Below are positions 18,074 through 28,676 of a stretch of DNA of 64,000 nucleotides, piece by piece (position 1 is the first letter of the stretch; every line of letters starts with the position of its first letter). The DNA is from Alphaproteobacteria bacterium (GTDB lineage Bacteria > Pseudomonadota > Alphaproteobacteria > Bin95). The notes below the pieces were generated by a model. The model searched no databases, was not told where the DNA came from, and saw only the letters and a list, made by a program, of their open reading frames with translations. The translations under genes were made by a program, and so were the position numbers. The stretch covers positions 1 through 64,000 of the forward strand of contig OZ224045.1 of the NCBI GenBank assembly GCA_963665325.3. The letters are read 5' to 3'.

Positions 18074-20581
18074 GTGCATCCTCTTGTTTTTGCAACGCTT
18101 CTCCTGCCGCTGCTGGCGGCGTGCCAGCAGCAGGGCATGTCCGCGCATCTTTACGGTCCGCCCAAGGGCACGACGCCGGCCTACTGGCAGGTGGACGCCT
18201 ACTCGGACAAGCCGTCCATCGGGCCCGAGGCATCCAGGGGCGTCCTGTTCTGGAGCCATGGTGTCAGCGGGACGAATGTGCAGTGGAAGGGCAAGCCGCT
18301 GCGCTTCGTCAAGAAGTTCGCCGCGGCCGGCTGGGATGTCATCAAGGTCAACCGGAACAACCTGCATGAGCGCGGCTGGACGGTCAGCGGGCCGAAACAT
18401 GTCGCGGACTTGCAGGAGCGTGCCAGAAAGGCCCGCAGCGACGGCTACAGGCGGGTAATCCTGGGCGGACAATCCTATGGCGGGGCGATCTCGCTCGAAG
18501 CGGCCGGAATACCGGGAATTGCGGACGGCGTTATTGCGATTGCGCCGGGCCACGGCTCGGACGCCTGCGGCAGGGGCAGCAGTATCGGACGGCGGGCAGA
18601 CAGTCTGCCACGCCAGTTGAGGGACGCGCTCGAGAGGAACACCGCACCGCGCACTGTGCTCATGGTGGCCGACGGTGACGAGTGCGTCGGCTTCAACCGG
18701 CCTCATGCTTCCTATCGCCAGACGCTCCAGGCTTCCGGTTCGAGCTTCGTGTTTCTGGACGACACCATGCCGGTCCGCGGACACGGCGCAGGCAACACCA
18801 ACCAGTTCGACAGCTGGTACGGCAGGTGTCTTCTGGATTTCCTGGATGCCGGAGGAGCGCCGAAATCCGGCGAGACCGTATGTCCGTCGCCGAGCCCGGT
18901 TCCCGCCTATCTACTGCCGCGCGACTACCGACCGCCGGCGGACGGCGGGGCGGGCAGCCTCCTCGGTGCCTGGAGCGGCGGCTATTCGACCGACAAGCTG
19001 GGAACCCGGAATTTGTGCATTCTCGTCGATGGGGAATTCGCGGCCGGCTTCAGGGCGGAAGTCGCGTTCGGTGCCGGCAGCCAGCGGAAGGCGTCGATGG
19101 GCACGATTCGCCGGTATTTCAGTGTTGAAGCCGGCAGCGGGAAATTCGTTTACGCCCACAACAAATACCGCATGACCGTGAAGGCCGACGCAGAACGCAA
19201 GAATGTCTCGATGACGATACGGACCGCAAAGGGCAGGGAGTATCGCTCCAAGCTCGAACGCGGATGCAAGCTGGTGGACGACTGGCCGCCCAGAAAGCTT
19301 GCGTCGGCCAAGCCCCCGTCAGCCAGCCGGGCAGCCTCTTTGCCCGCTGCGCAAAGCCGGAAGGCCGCTTCGCAAGGTGCCGCGAACCGGCCGTTCGCGT
19401 CGGTCGGGCCGTCGACAAGACCGCCTCATCTGTATGGGCCGCCTACGGGCACCTTCCCGGCCTACTGGCAGGTCCGCGCCTATGGGATCCGGCCGCCCAG
19501 AGGGCCGGAAGCGTCCAAGGGCATCCTCTTCTGGAGTCACGGCCTTTGGGGGCGCACTCCCAAGTGGAAGGATAAACCGCCGCGGTTCGTCCAGAAATTC
19601 GCATATGCCGACTGGGATGTCGTGAAGGTCAACCGGGATGAGCGGCTCGAGTATGTATGGGCGACCGCCGGGAGCAAACATGCGGCCGATCTCCGGGAAC
19701 GTGCGCGCGAAGCCCGCAAGACCGGCTACAAACGCATCGTGCTCGGTGGACAGTCCTATGGTGCCGCGATTGCGCTAGAAGCGGCTTCGGAGGCGGGAAT
19801 TGCCGATGCGGTGATCGCGCTTGCGCCCAATCACGACGGCAACAATTGCACCGGCGTGCGTACTCCTGGATATCATCCCATCTGGCCCCAGCAACAACTG
19901 ATAAACGCACTCGAAGATGTGGTATCGCCGCGCACTGTACTGGTGATTCCGGGTGGAGACATATGCCTCGGACCGGAACGGTCGGATAGCTCTTACCGCA
20001 ATGCGCTTGTGGCAAGCGGCACGGATTTCATTCTTCTGGACAATACCCTACCCATTCGCGGCCGTAAGGCGGGCCGAACGCGACAGTTCGGAGAGTGGTA
20101 CGGCGAGTGCCTGCTCGATTTCGTTGGCCTCAAGAATCCGTATCGGGCCGGGGAAACCGAGTGTCCGCCGCCGAACCCGCTTCCCGTATTCCTGCTTCCG
20201 GCCGGGTACTCCCCGCCCTTGCCGACTGGAAAGGACAGCCTAGTCGGCGCATGGGGCGGCGAGTATTTTGTCGGCAGTAAGGGCAGCAGAAACTTCTGCA
20301 TGTTCGTAGAGGAGGAATATGAAGACGGGTTCAAGGCCCGGACGGCTTTCGGGGCCGGCACCAAGAGACTGTTGTCGATGGAGACCCATACCCGGATATT
20401 TTACAGGTTCGGCGGGGACAGGGAGTTCGTTTACAGCAAGAACAGATACCGGATGACTCTCTTTGACAATCCGGCCCGCCGCGAACTGGAGCTCGCCATA
20501 CGGACGGCAAGCGGAACCGGATATCGCGTCTACCTTACCCGAGGATGCGAGCTTGACGACGACAGTACCCTAGTCGGTTGA
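18074..20581 (+). CDS. Predicted lipoprotein with two tandem alpha/beta-hydrolase modules
   Basis: Lipobox LLAAC. Two ~375-aa repeats, each HLYGPP...GPEASxGxLFWSHG...LGGQSYG...CLLDF...GAWxGxY...RGCxL, joined by an Ala/Ser/Pro-rich linker. Confidence 0.85.
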   Translation: MHPLVFATLLLPLLAACQQQGMSAHLYGPPKGTTPAYWQVDAYSDKPSIGPEASRGVLFWSHGVSGTNVQWKGKPLRFVKKFAAAGWDVIKVNRNNLHERGWTVSGPKHVADLQERARKARSDGYRRVILGGQSYGGAISLEAAGIPGIADGVIAIAPGHGSDACGRGSSIGRRADSLPRQLRDALERNTAPRTVLMVADGDECVGFNRPHASYRQTLQASGSSFVFLDDTMPVRGHGAGNTNQFDSWYGRCLLDFLDAGGAPKSGETVCPSPSPVPAYLLPRDYRPPADGGAGSLLGAWSGGYSTDKLGTRNLCILVDGEFAAGFRAEVAFGAGSQRKASMGTIRRYFSVEAGSGKFVYAHNKYRMTVKADAERKNVSMTIRTAKGREYRSKLERGCKLVDDWPPRKLASAKPPSASRAASLPAAQSRKAASQGAANRPFASVGPSTRPPHLYGPPTGTFPAYWQVRAYGIRPPRGPEASKGILFWSHGLWGRTPKWKDKPPRFVQKFAYADWDVVKVNRDERLEYVWATAGSKHAADLRERAREARKTGYKRIVLGGQSYGAAIALEAASEAGIADAVIALAPNHDGNNCTGVRTPGYHPIWPQQQLINALEDVVSPRTVLVIPGGDICLGPERSDSSYRNALVASGTDFILLDNTLPIRGRKAGRTRQFGEWYGECLLDFVGLKNPYRAGETECPPPNPLPVFLLPAGYSPPLPTGKDSLVGAWGGEYFVGSKGSRNFCMFVEEEYEDGFKARTAFGAGTKRLLSMETHTRIFYRFGGDREFVYSKNRYRMTLFDNPARRELELAIRTASGTGYRVYLTRGCELDDDSTLVG

Positions 20582-20667
20582 ACTACTGGAAGTGGGATAA
20601 TCTGGACGAAACATCCAGGATAGGCTTGCTCAAATGTCGGAATTACAACTGGCGTACGGGGAACGAA

Positions 20668-20925
20668 TTACTTGTGGTCGAGAGCATCGAATATTACGCC
20701 GAGAGTGCAAAAAAGACCAGCTGTCACCAGCACAAACATGACCACGAGAAGAATTTGGGAATTTTCTGAATCAGTCAAGGCCATAATGGACGATAACGTT
20801 ACGACGGCGAATATTATTGCCAACACGGCTGTCAGGGACTTGTTTCTTTTCGCCCTTCTGGAAAGGCGCTCGAACAGGCCGTCATCAGATACCGCTCTGT
20901 GCATGCTCGTTTCCGGCTTGTCCAT
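20668..20925 (-). CDS. Small two-helix membrane hypothetical protein in an AT-richer stretch
   Basis: 85 aa with two hydrophobic segments. No recognisable family. Confidence 0.4.
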   Translation of the reverse strand: MDKPETSMHRAVSDDGLFERLSRRAKRNKSLTAVLAIIFAVVTLSSIMALTDSENSQILLVVMFVLVTAGLFCTLGVIFDALDHK

Positions 20926-21076
20926 TCATCGCGACCCTTGTCGCACTGAGACGCTTGCACGCACAATATCACGGATTGGCGGAGATGACTGCTGTCCGCC
21001 ACATTTCATGTTTGAGGGGCGCGGCCGTCGGGCGGCCAAGCACTCGCGGCCAGCTGCAGCGAGACCGAAAATACGT

Positions 21077-21151
21077 TGGTAGCGGGGGAGGGATTTGAAC
21101 CCCCGACCCAGGGATTATGATTCCCCTGCTCTACCGCTGAGCTACCCCGCC
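21077..21151 (-). tRNA. tRNA-Met (CAT), elongator type
   Basis: GGCGGGGTAGCTCAGCGGTAGAGCA-GGGGA ATCATAA TCCCT-GGGTCGGGGGTTCAAATCCCTCCCCCGCTACCA. 75-nt cloverleaf with encoded CCA. Confidence 0.95.
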
Positions 21152-21214
21152 GAAGGACCGGCGTTTTAGGCGCAGGCGCTTGCGCCGTCAACGGGATCGA
21201 CCCATCCTGCGACG

Positions 21215-21631
21215 ATGAAACGAACGGCTGTCCTCCTGCTCGCCGGTTTCCTGCTGGCCGCCCATGGCGGTGCGACGGGCATCGTCAAGCAGCGTATGGA
21301 CGCCATGGTCGATATCGGGCGCGCGACGAAGACCATTCGGGATGCGATCCGGCGTTCCGAGCCGGACGCGGTCCGGGACGCGGCGGGGCGGATCGCCAGA
21401 CACGCTGCGGAGGTTCCGAAGCTGTTTCCGGACGGTAGCTTCCATCACCCTTCGGAAGCTCTACCGGCGATTTCGACCGACCGGGCGGCATTCAATGCGC
21501 TTGCGGCGAAGCTTGCCCTCGCTGCCGGCGAACTGGCTTCGAATGCCGACGCGCCTCGCGAAGCGGCACGGAAACTCGCGGACGCTTGCAAGCAGTGCCA
21601 CACGCGCTTCCGGGTGCAGAAGAAGCGCTGA
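21215..21631 (+). CDS. Class II cytochrome c (cytochrome c'/c556)
   Basis: Signal peptide, RMDAM, LFPDGS, SEALPAI and C-terminal heme motif CKQCH. Confidence 0.88.
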   Translation: MKRTAVLLLAGFLLAAHGGATGIVKQRMDAMVDIGRATKTIRDAIRRSEPDAVRDAAGRIARHAAEVPKLFPDGSFHHPSEALPAISTDRAAFNALAAKLALAAGELASNADAPREAARKLADACKQCHTRFRVQKKR

Positions 21632-21646
21632 GCCGGCAGCGGGCGC

Positions 21647-22282
21647 TCAGTCGAACACCTCCTCGAAGCTCGCCCTGAGCGCCGAGTCCACCTCTGGCAT
21701 GGACGCGACGATCCCCTCTGCCGCAAGCGAAGTGACGCCGAACCCTTCGATGCCGCAGGGCACGATGCCGTCGAAATGTCCGAGGTCCGGCTCGACATTG
21801 AGCGCGATGCCGTGGAACGCGACCCAACGGCGCACACGTACGCCGAGGGCTGCAATCTTGCGCTCGGATCCGCCGCGCCGGACCCAGACACCGATCCGCC
21901 CCTCGCGCCGCTCACCGAGGAGACCGAACCGGGCCAACGTCCGGATCAACCATTCCTCCAGGCCGCACACATAGTCGCGCACGCCGAACCCGCGGTCCTG
22001 GAGGTCGAGCATGGCATAGGCGATGCGCTGGCCCGGACCGTGATAAGTGTAGCGCCCGCCGCGCCCCGTCCTGAACACCGGGAAACGATCCGGCGCAAGC
22101 AGTTCGGCCGGATCGGCGGAGGTGCCGGCCGTGTAGAGCGGCGGATGCTCAAGGAGCCAAACGAGCTCCGGCGACCCGTCCTGCCGAATGGAGCGGACCC
22201 GGTCTTCCATAGCCGCGACCGCCGGCTCGTAGTCCACCGGCACGTCGTCGATGCGCCATTCCACCGGTCTTGAAACCGCCAT
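21647..22282 (-). CDS. lipB: Octanoyltransferase LipB
   Basis: [55 protein letters not shown]. Confidence 0.97.
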   Translation of the reverse strand: MAVSRPVEWRIDDVPVDYEPAVAAMEDRVRSIRQDGSPELVWLLEHPPLYTAGTSADPAELLAPDRFPVFRTGRGGRYTYHGPGQRIAYAMLDLQDRGFGVRDYVCGLEEWLIRTLARFGLLGERREGRIGVWVRRGGSERKIAALGVRVRRWVAFHGIALNVEPDLGHFDGIVPCGIEGFGVTSLAAEGIVASMPEVDSALRASFEEVFD

Positions 22283-22339
22283 TGCGATTTGCTATCCCGC
22301 CCTCGCCTTGAGGCGGGCAGTTTAGCGCGTCTCCGATAT

Positions 22340-22426
22340 GCGGTCGTGGCGGAATTGGTAGACGCGCAGCGTTGAGGTCGCTGTGGGGGCAACCCCGTGG
22401 AAGTTCGAGTCTTCTCGACCGCACCA
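22340..22426 (+). tRNA. tRNA-Leu (GAG)
   Basis: GCGGTCGTGGCGGAATTGGTAGACGCG-CAGCG TTGAGGT CGCTG, long variable arm, GTTCGAGTC, ends CGACCGCACCA. 87 nt. Confidence 0.96.
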
Positions 22427-22453
22427 TGAGCACAGAATGCGCGGAGGGATACG

Positions 22454-23833
22454 ATGGCTGAGCCCCATACGGTCCCGCGCGCCGACGACCGGGCCGAGGA
22501 CACGCTGGCGCTGACGCCCGACCTGGTCCGGGACGTGCTTGAGGCAGGCGACGCCGAAGCCATCCGCGCCAGGCTCGCTCCCCTCCATGCCGCCGACGTC
22601 GCGGACCTGCTGGAACGCATCGCGCCGGACGACCGCTCTACCGTGCTCGAAGCGCTGAGCGGCGCGCTCGACGCCGACATTCTGGCCGAACTGGACGAGA
22701 CCGTGCGCGGCGAGGTCGTCAACCAGATGGCGCCGCAGGAGCTTGCGCGGGCGGTCGCGGAACTCGACGACGACGATGCGGTCGATGTTGTAGCCGACCT
22801 GGACGAAGAGACCCGCAAGGACATTCTGGCGCGCCTGCCCCAGGCGGATCGAACGGCGGTCGAGCAGGCGCTGACCTATGAAGAAGACACTGTCGGACGC
22901 CTCATGCAGCGCGCAACGGTGGTCGTGCCCGCCTACTGGACCGTCGGCGAAACCATCGACTATCTGCGCGCAGATGCGTCCCTGCCCGATACATTCTTCG
23001 ACATCTTTGTCGTGGACCCGCGCCACCGCCCGGTCGGCAGCCTTCCGCTCTCGCGCATTCTTCGCAACCGCCGCCCCGTCGGGTTGGCCGAGATCATGGA
23101 CGGTGAGCCTGTCGTGCTGCCGGTTTCAATGGACCAGGAGGAAGCGGCGTTCCTGTTCCGCCAGCAGGACCTGACCTCGGCCCCGGTGGTCGATGAGTCG
23201 GGTCGGCTCGCCGGCGTGCTCACCATCGACGATATGGTCGATGTCATGGACGAGGAGCACGAAGACGACATTCTGAAGCTTGGAGGCGTGTATGAGGACG
23301 ACCTCTATCATGCCGCGGCGGCCACGGCGGCAAAGCGCTTTCCCTGGCTGCTCATCAACCTCGCCACGGCGGTGCTCGCTTCCCTCGTCATCGCGCAGTT
23401 CGAGGCGACCATCGAGGCCGTGGTTGCGCTCGCCGTGCTGATGCCCATCGTCGCCTCGATGGGCGGCAATGCCGGTACGCAGGCGCTCACCGTCGCGGTC
23501 CGCGCGCTTGCGACCAGAGAGCTTTCGGCTACCAACGCCATGCGCATCGTTGTCAAGGAAGTGATTGTTGGCGGCTTCAGCGGCGTGCTGTTCGCCGTCA
23601 TCGCAGCGGCGCTGACATTCGCCTGGTTCGGCAACTGGCAATTGGGCGCGGTGATTGCAGCGGCCATGGTCGTCAACCTGCTGGTCGCGGGCCTTTCCGG
23701 CGTCGCCATCCCGCTTGCTTTGGACCGGATGCGGATCGACCCGGCCGTCGCGTCTTCGGTGGTGCTGACGACGGTGACGGATGTTGTCGGCTTCTTCGCC
23801 TTTCTGGGCCTTGCCGCTGCGGTGCTGCTGTGA
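22454..23833 (+). CDS. mgtE: Magnesium transporter MgtE
   Basis: LHAADVADLLE N-domain, CBS pair, MPIVASMGGNAGTQ, DPAVAS...TTVTDVVG. Confidence 0.96.
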   Translation: MAEPHTVPRADDRAEDTLALTPDLVRDVLEAGDAEAIRARLAPLHAADVADLLERIAPDDRSTVLEALSGALDADILAELDETVRGEVVNQMAPQELARAVAELDDDDAVDVVADLDEETRKDILARLPQADRTAVEQALTYEEDTVGRLMQRATVVVPAYWTVGETIDYLRADASLPDTFFDIFVVDPRHRPVGSLPLSRILRNRRPVGLAEIMDGEPVVLPVSMDQEEAAFLFRQQDLTSAPVVDESGRLAGVLTIDDMVDVMDEEHEDDILKLGGVYEDDLYHAAAATAAKRFPWLLINLATAVLASLVIAQFEATIEAVVALAVLMPIVASMGGNAGTQALTVAVRALATRELSATNAMRIVVKEVIVGGFSGVLFAVIAAALTFAWFGNWQLGAVIAAAMVVNLLVAGLSGVAIPLALDRMRIDPAVASSVVLTTVTDVVGFFAFLGLAAAVLL

Positions 23834-24324
23834 CCGGCGCAATCCGCCCGGTCCTGGACAGCGACGCGGACGGGCTGATCCGCCTGATCGATGTCTGCTG
23901 GTCCGCCTATGAAGGCTGCATCCTCGACGTCGATGCCGAAGAACCGCAGCTCCGCGGCATGAGGAGCCATTTCGACGCTCTCGGCGGCGAATACTGGGTT
24001 GTGGAGAATGCCGGCGGACAAATCGCGGCCGCCGGTGGCTGGGCGCCCGCCGTCGACCCCACCGGCTCGGAGATTCACAAGCTATACGTCCTGGCGGAGT
24101 TGCGCCGGCAGGGGATTGCCCGGCGCCTGGTCGGCATGGCGGAAGCGGCTGCCCGGAGCCGTGGCAGCCGCTTCGTGGAGCTCTGGTCCGATACGCGCTT
24201 CCTCGAGGCGCATGCGTTCTACGAGGCGCTGGGCTATCGGCGGACCGGCAAGGTCCGCGACTTGCACGACCTGTCGAATACGACGGAGTTCCATTTCGTC
24301 AAGGAGTCGTTCACCGTATCGTGA
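23830..24324 (+). CDS. GNAT acetyltransferase
   Basis: HKLYVLAELRRQGIARRL, AHAFYEALGY. GTGA overlap with mgtE. Confidence 0.88.
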   Translation: MTGAIRPVLDSDADGLIRLIDVCWSAYEGCILDVDAEEPQLRGMRSHFDALGGEYWVVENAGGQIAAAGGWAPAVDPTGSEIHKLYVLAELRRQGIARRLVGMAEAAARSRGSRFVELWSDTRFLEAHAFYEALGYRRTGKVRDLHDLSNTTEFHFVKESFTVS

Positions 24325-24387
24325 TTGGCCGATGCCGGGTGCGGGACCGATCTTTCCCGGCAGGCAACACTTCTGGAGGATCGTCCG

Positions 24388-24843
24388 ATGCGAACCGTCT
24401 TCACACGTCTTGCAGCAACCTCCGTGCTCGTGCTGCTGGCCGGCTTCGCGGCCGCCAAGGAGCCCGTGTTCCAGCGCAGCGGTGCCGCGATCCACGGCTA
24501 CGACCCGGTCGCCTACTTCCAGGCCGGAGAGCCGACCAAGGGCAAGTCCCGGCACGAGGTGGAATGGAACGGCGCCAAGTGGCGCTTTGCGAGCGTCGCC
24601 AACCGCGATGCCTTCGAGGCCGACCCGGAGCGCTATGCACCGCAATATGGCGGCTATTGCGCCTGGGCGGTGTCGCAGGGCTATACGGCGCCCATCGACC
24701 CCAAGGCGTGGAAGGTCGTGGACGGCAAGCTCTACCTCAACTACTCGAAGTCGGTGCAGAAGAACTGGGAGAAGGACATCCCGGGCCATATCACCGCGGC
24801 AGACGGCCATTGGCCGGGGATACTGGCGGAACTGTCCAACTGA
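24388..24843 (+). CDS. Exported YHS-domain protein
   Basis: Signal peptide, AIHGYDPVAYF, WRFASVANRDAFEADPERYAPQYGGYCAWAV, VDGKLYLNY. RBS GGAGG. Confidence 0.9.
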   Translation: MRTVFTRLAATSVLVLLAGFAAAKEPVFQRSGAAIHGYDPVAYFQAGEPTKGKSRHEVEWNGAKWRFASVANRDAFEADPERYAPQYGGYCAWAVSQGYTAPIDPKAWKVVDGKLYLNYSKSVQKNWEKDIPGHITAADGHWPGILAELSN

Positions 24844-24892
24844 CGGCTTATCGGCTAGGGTCGCGCCCGGATTTGAGAGGAGGCCGACCGCC

Positions 24893-25345
24893 GTGCTGAA
24901 GATCGCAACACTCGCCAACCTTGAGGATTGGGTCGGCAAGGAACTCGGCGTCAGCGACTGGATCGAGGTCGGCCAGGACCGGATCGACGGGTTCGCCGAG
25001 GCGACCGAAGACCGCCAGTGGATTCATCTCGACACGGAGCGCGCGCGGACGGACATGCCGGGCGGCAAGACCATCGCCCACGGCTTCCTTACCCTGTCGC
25101 TGACCGCGGGGTTGATGGTGTTCTCGGTGCCGGGCGCCAGCCGGGCGATCAATTACGGGCTCAACCGCGTGCGCTTCACCAACACCGTGCCGGCGGGCTC
25201 CAGGGTCCGCCTGCGCCAGACCCTCGCCTCCACGGAGCCGGTCAAGGGCGGCGGCGTGCGCTGCGTAGTGGACAACTCGGTCGAGATCGATGGAACCGAC
25301 CGCCCGGCCATGGTGGGAGAAGCGCTGATCGTCTTCTATCCGTGA
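24893..25345 (+). CDS. MaoC-family (R)-enoyl-CoA hydratase/dehydratase
   Basis: FAEATEDRQWIHLD, TIAHGFLTLSL, INYGLNRVRF. RBS GAGGAGG then GTG. Confidence 0.9.
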   Translation: MLKIATLANLEDWVGKELGVSDWIEVGQDRIDGFAEATEDRQWIHLDTERARTDMPGGKTIAHGFLTLSLTAGLMVFSVPGASRAINYGLNRVRFTNTVPAGSRVRLRQTLASTEPVKGGGVRCVVDNSVEIDGTDRPAMVGEALIVFYP

Positions 25346-25400
25346 GTCCCGGTCGTCCTGATCAAATCCGTCAACAGGGCCTAGCACAGGTTTCTCCATG

Positions 25401-25829
25401 TCAAATCCTGGGGAAGCGCTGGCGGATGCGCGCTTCGAGATCGCTGCGTACTGACCGAAATGCCATGAGTCGTTGCTCGCGCGATCCGTCATACAATGTA
25501 GGGTCCGCGACATCCCAGTATTCGACGGACGCGCGCGAACCGGCGACATACGTTTCCGCCTCCCAATTTGCGTTTGCCGACAACGCGACGATGAGATCGA
25601 AGTGGCAATCCGCAAGCTCCTCGAAAGTACTCGCCCTGTGGCAGCGAATGTCGAGGCCGACCTCGGCCATAACGGCAACCGCGAACGGGTTGACGGGGGC
25701 CGGCTCCACTCCTGCTGAATCGATAAAGATCCCGGAACCCAGCCAGCGTCTGGCGAGCGCCTCGGCCATGGGCGAGCGGACCGCGTTCCGCGTGCATGCG
25801 AAGAGCAGGTTGCGGGGCAGGCCGTTCAT
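25401..25829 (-). CDS. Low-molecular-weight phosphatase / ArsC-like protein
   Basis: LFACTRNAVRSPMAE (CX5R), DSAGV, WDVADP. Confidence 0.88.
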   Translation of the reverse strand: MNGLPRNLLFACTRNAVRSPMAEALARRWLGSGIFIDSAGVEPAPVNPFAVAVMAEVGLDIRCHRASTFEELADCHFDLIVALSANANWEAETYVAGSRASVEYWDVADPTLYDGSREQRLMAFRSVRSDLEARIRQRFPRI

Positions 25830-26323
25830 CCGGACCGGGCCCGGAAATGCAGGACACAGAGCAGGGTGAACAGCCGCCGGGCGGTGTCGTGGTCCAATTC
25901 GACGTGAGCGGCCAGCGCCTGTTGCAGCTTGTCCGCGCCTTCGTCATGCAGGGCGCGCCGGCCTATGTCGATGGCCTCGATCTGTGAAGGCGAGAGACGC
26001 TTGATCGCTTCATAGTAGCTGTCGCACACGACGAGATAGTCTTTGACAATACGCCGGAAGCCCCCGAGCGACACCGCAATTTCGAGCGGGGGCGACCGGC
26101 CGGGAGCTCCGATCCGCAGAGTCAGCCGCCGCTCGACAACGGCCAGATGGAGCGTATAGGGGCCGGAGGGACCTTCCAGGAGGCGGAACCGGTTGTTTTC
26201 GACCAGATCGAAGATCGCTACGGCGCGTTCCTGCTCGATTTCCGGCGTGCGCTGCACGACAAGCCGTTCGTCGAGGCTGACCGAAGCAATCTGGAACCGG
26301 CTCTCCGCTCCGCTGTCAGCCAT
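25826..26323 (-). CDS. UPF0262 family protein
   Basis: EQERAVAIFDL, FRRIVKDY, SPSQIEAIDIGRRALHDEG, TARRLFTLLCVLH. Canonical neighbour of hisD. Confidence 0.9.
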   Translation of the reverse strand: MADSGAESRFQIASVSLDERLVVQRTPEIEQERAVAIFDLVENNRFRLLEGPSGPYTLHLAVVERRLTLRIGAPGRSPPLEIAVSLGGFRRIVKDYLVVCDSYYEAIKRLSPSQIEAIDIGRRALHDEGADKLQQALAAHVELDHDTARRLFTLLCVLHFRARSG

Positions 26324-27599
26324 CGAGCCGGAGCGAAACCGACAGGCCGTGGGCGTCCAGTCCTTCGGCGGCGGCGAGTGCGGCAGCGGCCGGGCCAATG
26401 GCGGCCAGCGAGTCCGTGCCGCAGCCGAGCAGCGTCGTGCGTTTCATGAAGTCCAGGACGCCGAGCCCGGAAGCGAAGCGTGCCGTACGCGAGGTCGGCA
26501 GGACATGGTTCGGCCCTCCGACATAGTCGCCGATGGCCTCCGGCGTGAGGGCGCCCAAGAAGATGGCACCCGCATGGCGCACGCGCGTGGCCAACGGATC
26601 CGGGTCGGCGACCGCCAGCTGGAGATGTTCCGGCGCAATGGCGTCGATCAATGCTGGCGCCTCGTCGAGGTTCCGGACGACGATGCAGGTGCCGTGGCGC
26701 TCCCAGCTTGCCCGCGCGGTTGCCGCTCGCGGCAGGGTTTCCAGATGGCGCCCGATTTCCGTTTCGACTGCATCGGCATAGTCGTGCGACAACGCGATGA
26801 GAAGGCATTGCGCCGCCTCGTCGTGTTCGGCCTGTGCCAGCAGGTCGGCTGCGACCCAGGATGCCGGGCAGCAGCCGTCGGCCACGACGAGCACTTCGGA
26901 GGGGCCGGCTATCGTGTCGATGCCGACATGCCCGAATACCTGGCGCTTGGCGGTTGTGACCCACATATTTCCGGGGCCGACGATCTTGTCCACCGGCGGG
27001 ATGCTACCGGTTCCGAACGCCAGCGCGCCCACCGCCTGCGCGCCGCCAATTCGGTAAATTTCCTCTATGCCGGCGATCCGGGCGGCCGCAAACACCAGAG
27101 GGTCGAATGCGCCTGCCGGGGTCGGCACCGTCATGGCGAGCCGTTCGACGCCGGCCACCCGCGCCGGTATCGCATTCATCAGCACCGAACTCGGATAGGC
27201 GGCCGAGCCTCCCGGCACATAGAGGCCGACCGCCTCGATCGGCGTCCAACGCAGGCCGAGGCGCACTCCAAGGGCGTCCCGGTAATCGAGGTCCGACGGG
27301 ATTTGGGTCCGATGGAACGCCTCGACCCGCGATGCTGCCAGCTCCAGCGCGTCGCGTGCGGGCCCCGGCGTTTCCGAAAGCGCCCGGTCCAGAGTCTCTA
27401 CCGGGATGCGCAGCGGGCCGGTCACGCCGTCGAAGCGTTCGGTGTATTCGGAGACGGCCGCATCGCCGCGGGCGCGGACATCGGCGAGGATCGCGGCGAC
27501 AGCCGCATCGACATCCTCGGTCCCCGCGCGCTCCGAGCGTATCAGCGCTTCGAAATCGCGTGCGAAATCCGGGTCGCCGGTGTCAAGCCGCCTGGGCAA
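26316..27599 (-). CDS. hisD: Histidinol dehydrogenase
   Basis: [52 protein letters not shown]. Confidence 0.97.
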   Translation of the reverse strand: MPRRLDTGDPDFARDFEALIRSERAGTEDVDAAVAAILADVRARGDAAVSEYTERFDGVTGPLRIPVETLDRALSETPGPARDALELAASRVEAFHRTQIPSDLDYRDALGVRLGLRWTPIEAVGLYVPGGSAAYPSSVLMNAIPARVAGVERLAMTVPTPAGAFDPLVFAAARIAGIEEIYRIGGAQAVGALAFGTGSIPPVDKIVGPGNMWVTTAKRQVFGHVGIDTIAGPSEVLVVADGCCPASWVAADLLAQAEHDEAAQCLLIALSHDYADAVETEIGRHLETLPRAATARASWERHGTCIVVRNLDEAPALIDAIAPEHLQLAVADPDPLATRVRHAGAIFLGALTPEAIGDYVGGPNHVLPTSRTARFASGLGVLDFMKRTTLLGCGTDSLAAIGPAAAALAAAEGLDAHGLSVSLRLDG

Positions 27600-28245
27600 G
27601 GGAGGCCTCCCGAAAGCGTTCGATCCAGCCCTGCAACTCGGCCGTCCGGGTTTTTAGCGCGGTCCGGTTGACAATCAGGCAGGACGTGATGTCGGCAATA
27701 TGCTCGACCTCGACCAGGCCGTTCGCCCTTAGGGTTGCTCCGGAGGAAACCAGGTCCACGATGCGCCGGCAGAGGCCGAGCGAGGGGGCCAGCTCCATAG
27801 CGCCGCTGAGCTTGATGCACTGCGCCTGCACGCCGCGGGCTGCGAAATGGCGTTTGGTGATTTCGGGATATTTGGTTGCGATCCGGATCTGGCTCCAGCG
27901 TCGGGGGTCGTCATTCGCGACCATGGCTGCGGGTTCGGCGACCGCGAGGCGGCAATGGCCGATACCGAGGTCGAGCGGCGCGTAGAGCTCGTCATAGCCG
28001 AACTCCATGATGACGTCGCGCCCCGCAATGCCCATCCCGGCCGCGCCGAAGGCCACGAAAGTGGCGACATCGAACGAGCGGGCCCGGATGATGGACAGGC
28101 CGGGCAGGTTTGTCCGGAAATGCAGCCGGCGGTCGCGTGGATCGTCGAAGCCCGCTTCCGGCTCGATTCCGGCCGCGCGAACCAGGGGCATCGCTTCGGA
28201 AAGGATACGCCCCTTCGGCAGCGCCAGCACGAGCGGGCCGGTCAT
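27583..28245 (-). CDS. hisG: ATP phosphoribosyltransferase, short form
   Basis: [49 protein letters not shown]. Confidence 0.96.
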   Translation of the reverse strand: MTGPLVLALPKGRILSEAMPLVRAAGIEPEAGFDDPRDRRLHFRTNLPGLSIIRARSFDVATFVAFGAAGMGIAGRDVIMEFGYDELYAPLDLGIGHCRLAVAEPAAMVANDDPRRWSQIRIATKYPEITKRHFAARGVQAQCIKLSGAMELAPSLGLCRRIVDLVSSGATLRANGLVEVEHIADITSCLIVNRTALKTRTAELQGWIERFREASLAQAA

Positions 28246-28676
28246 TTTCCGTTCCCGTCGCCGCTGTGGTCCGGCCGCCAGACCGTGGGCCAGGGTTCGC
28301 CAAGATCGTCGAGCACGCAGTCGAACGGCTCGCTTTCGATCCGCACGGTGGCGCCATCTGCAAAGGCGAGATCGACAGCCCCATCTTCGCTCGCCGCGAG
28401 GGTCAACAGGTTGAGCGGCCGATCCGGCCGGTCGCGGTCCACGTTCCGCGTGCGGACGGCCTGCACATTCTGGAAAGACAGCATGGTGTGGGTGCGCTCG
28501 AAGGGCGGCGCATCGCCCGCGCATTCCCACCGGAACCGGTTCAACACAAGCGCGAACCGGTCCTGATCGCGTATCCATGTCATGTCCGACAGCGGTGCGA
28601 TCGCGTCCTGCACGCACGCGGCAATTACCTGCAACTCCTCGACGGATGTCGCACGGAGCTTCAGCCGCCCGCTCAT
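28242..28676 (-). CDS. DUF2948 family protein
   Basis: LKLRA...[31 protein letters not shown]. Usual position between murA and the his genes. Confidence 0.9.
   Translation of the reverse strand: MSGRLKLRATSVEELQVIAACVQDAIAPLSDMTWIRDQDRFALVLNRFRWECAGDAPPFERTHTMLSFQNVQAVRTRNVDRDRPDRPLNLLTLAASEDGAVDLAFADGATVRIESEPFDCVLDDLGEPWPTVWRPDHSGDGNGK

Noticed and set aside
24388-24843. Selenoprotein form of the YHS-domain protein
   Set aside because: The relevant position is TGC (GGYC); there is no in-frame TGA.
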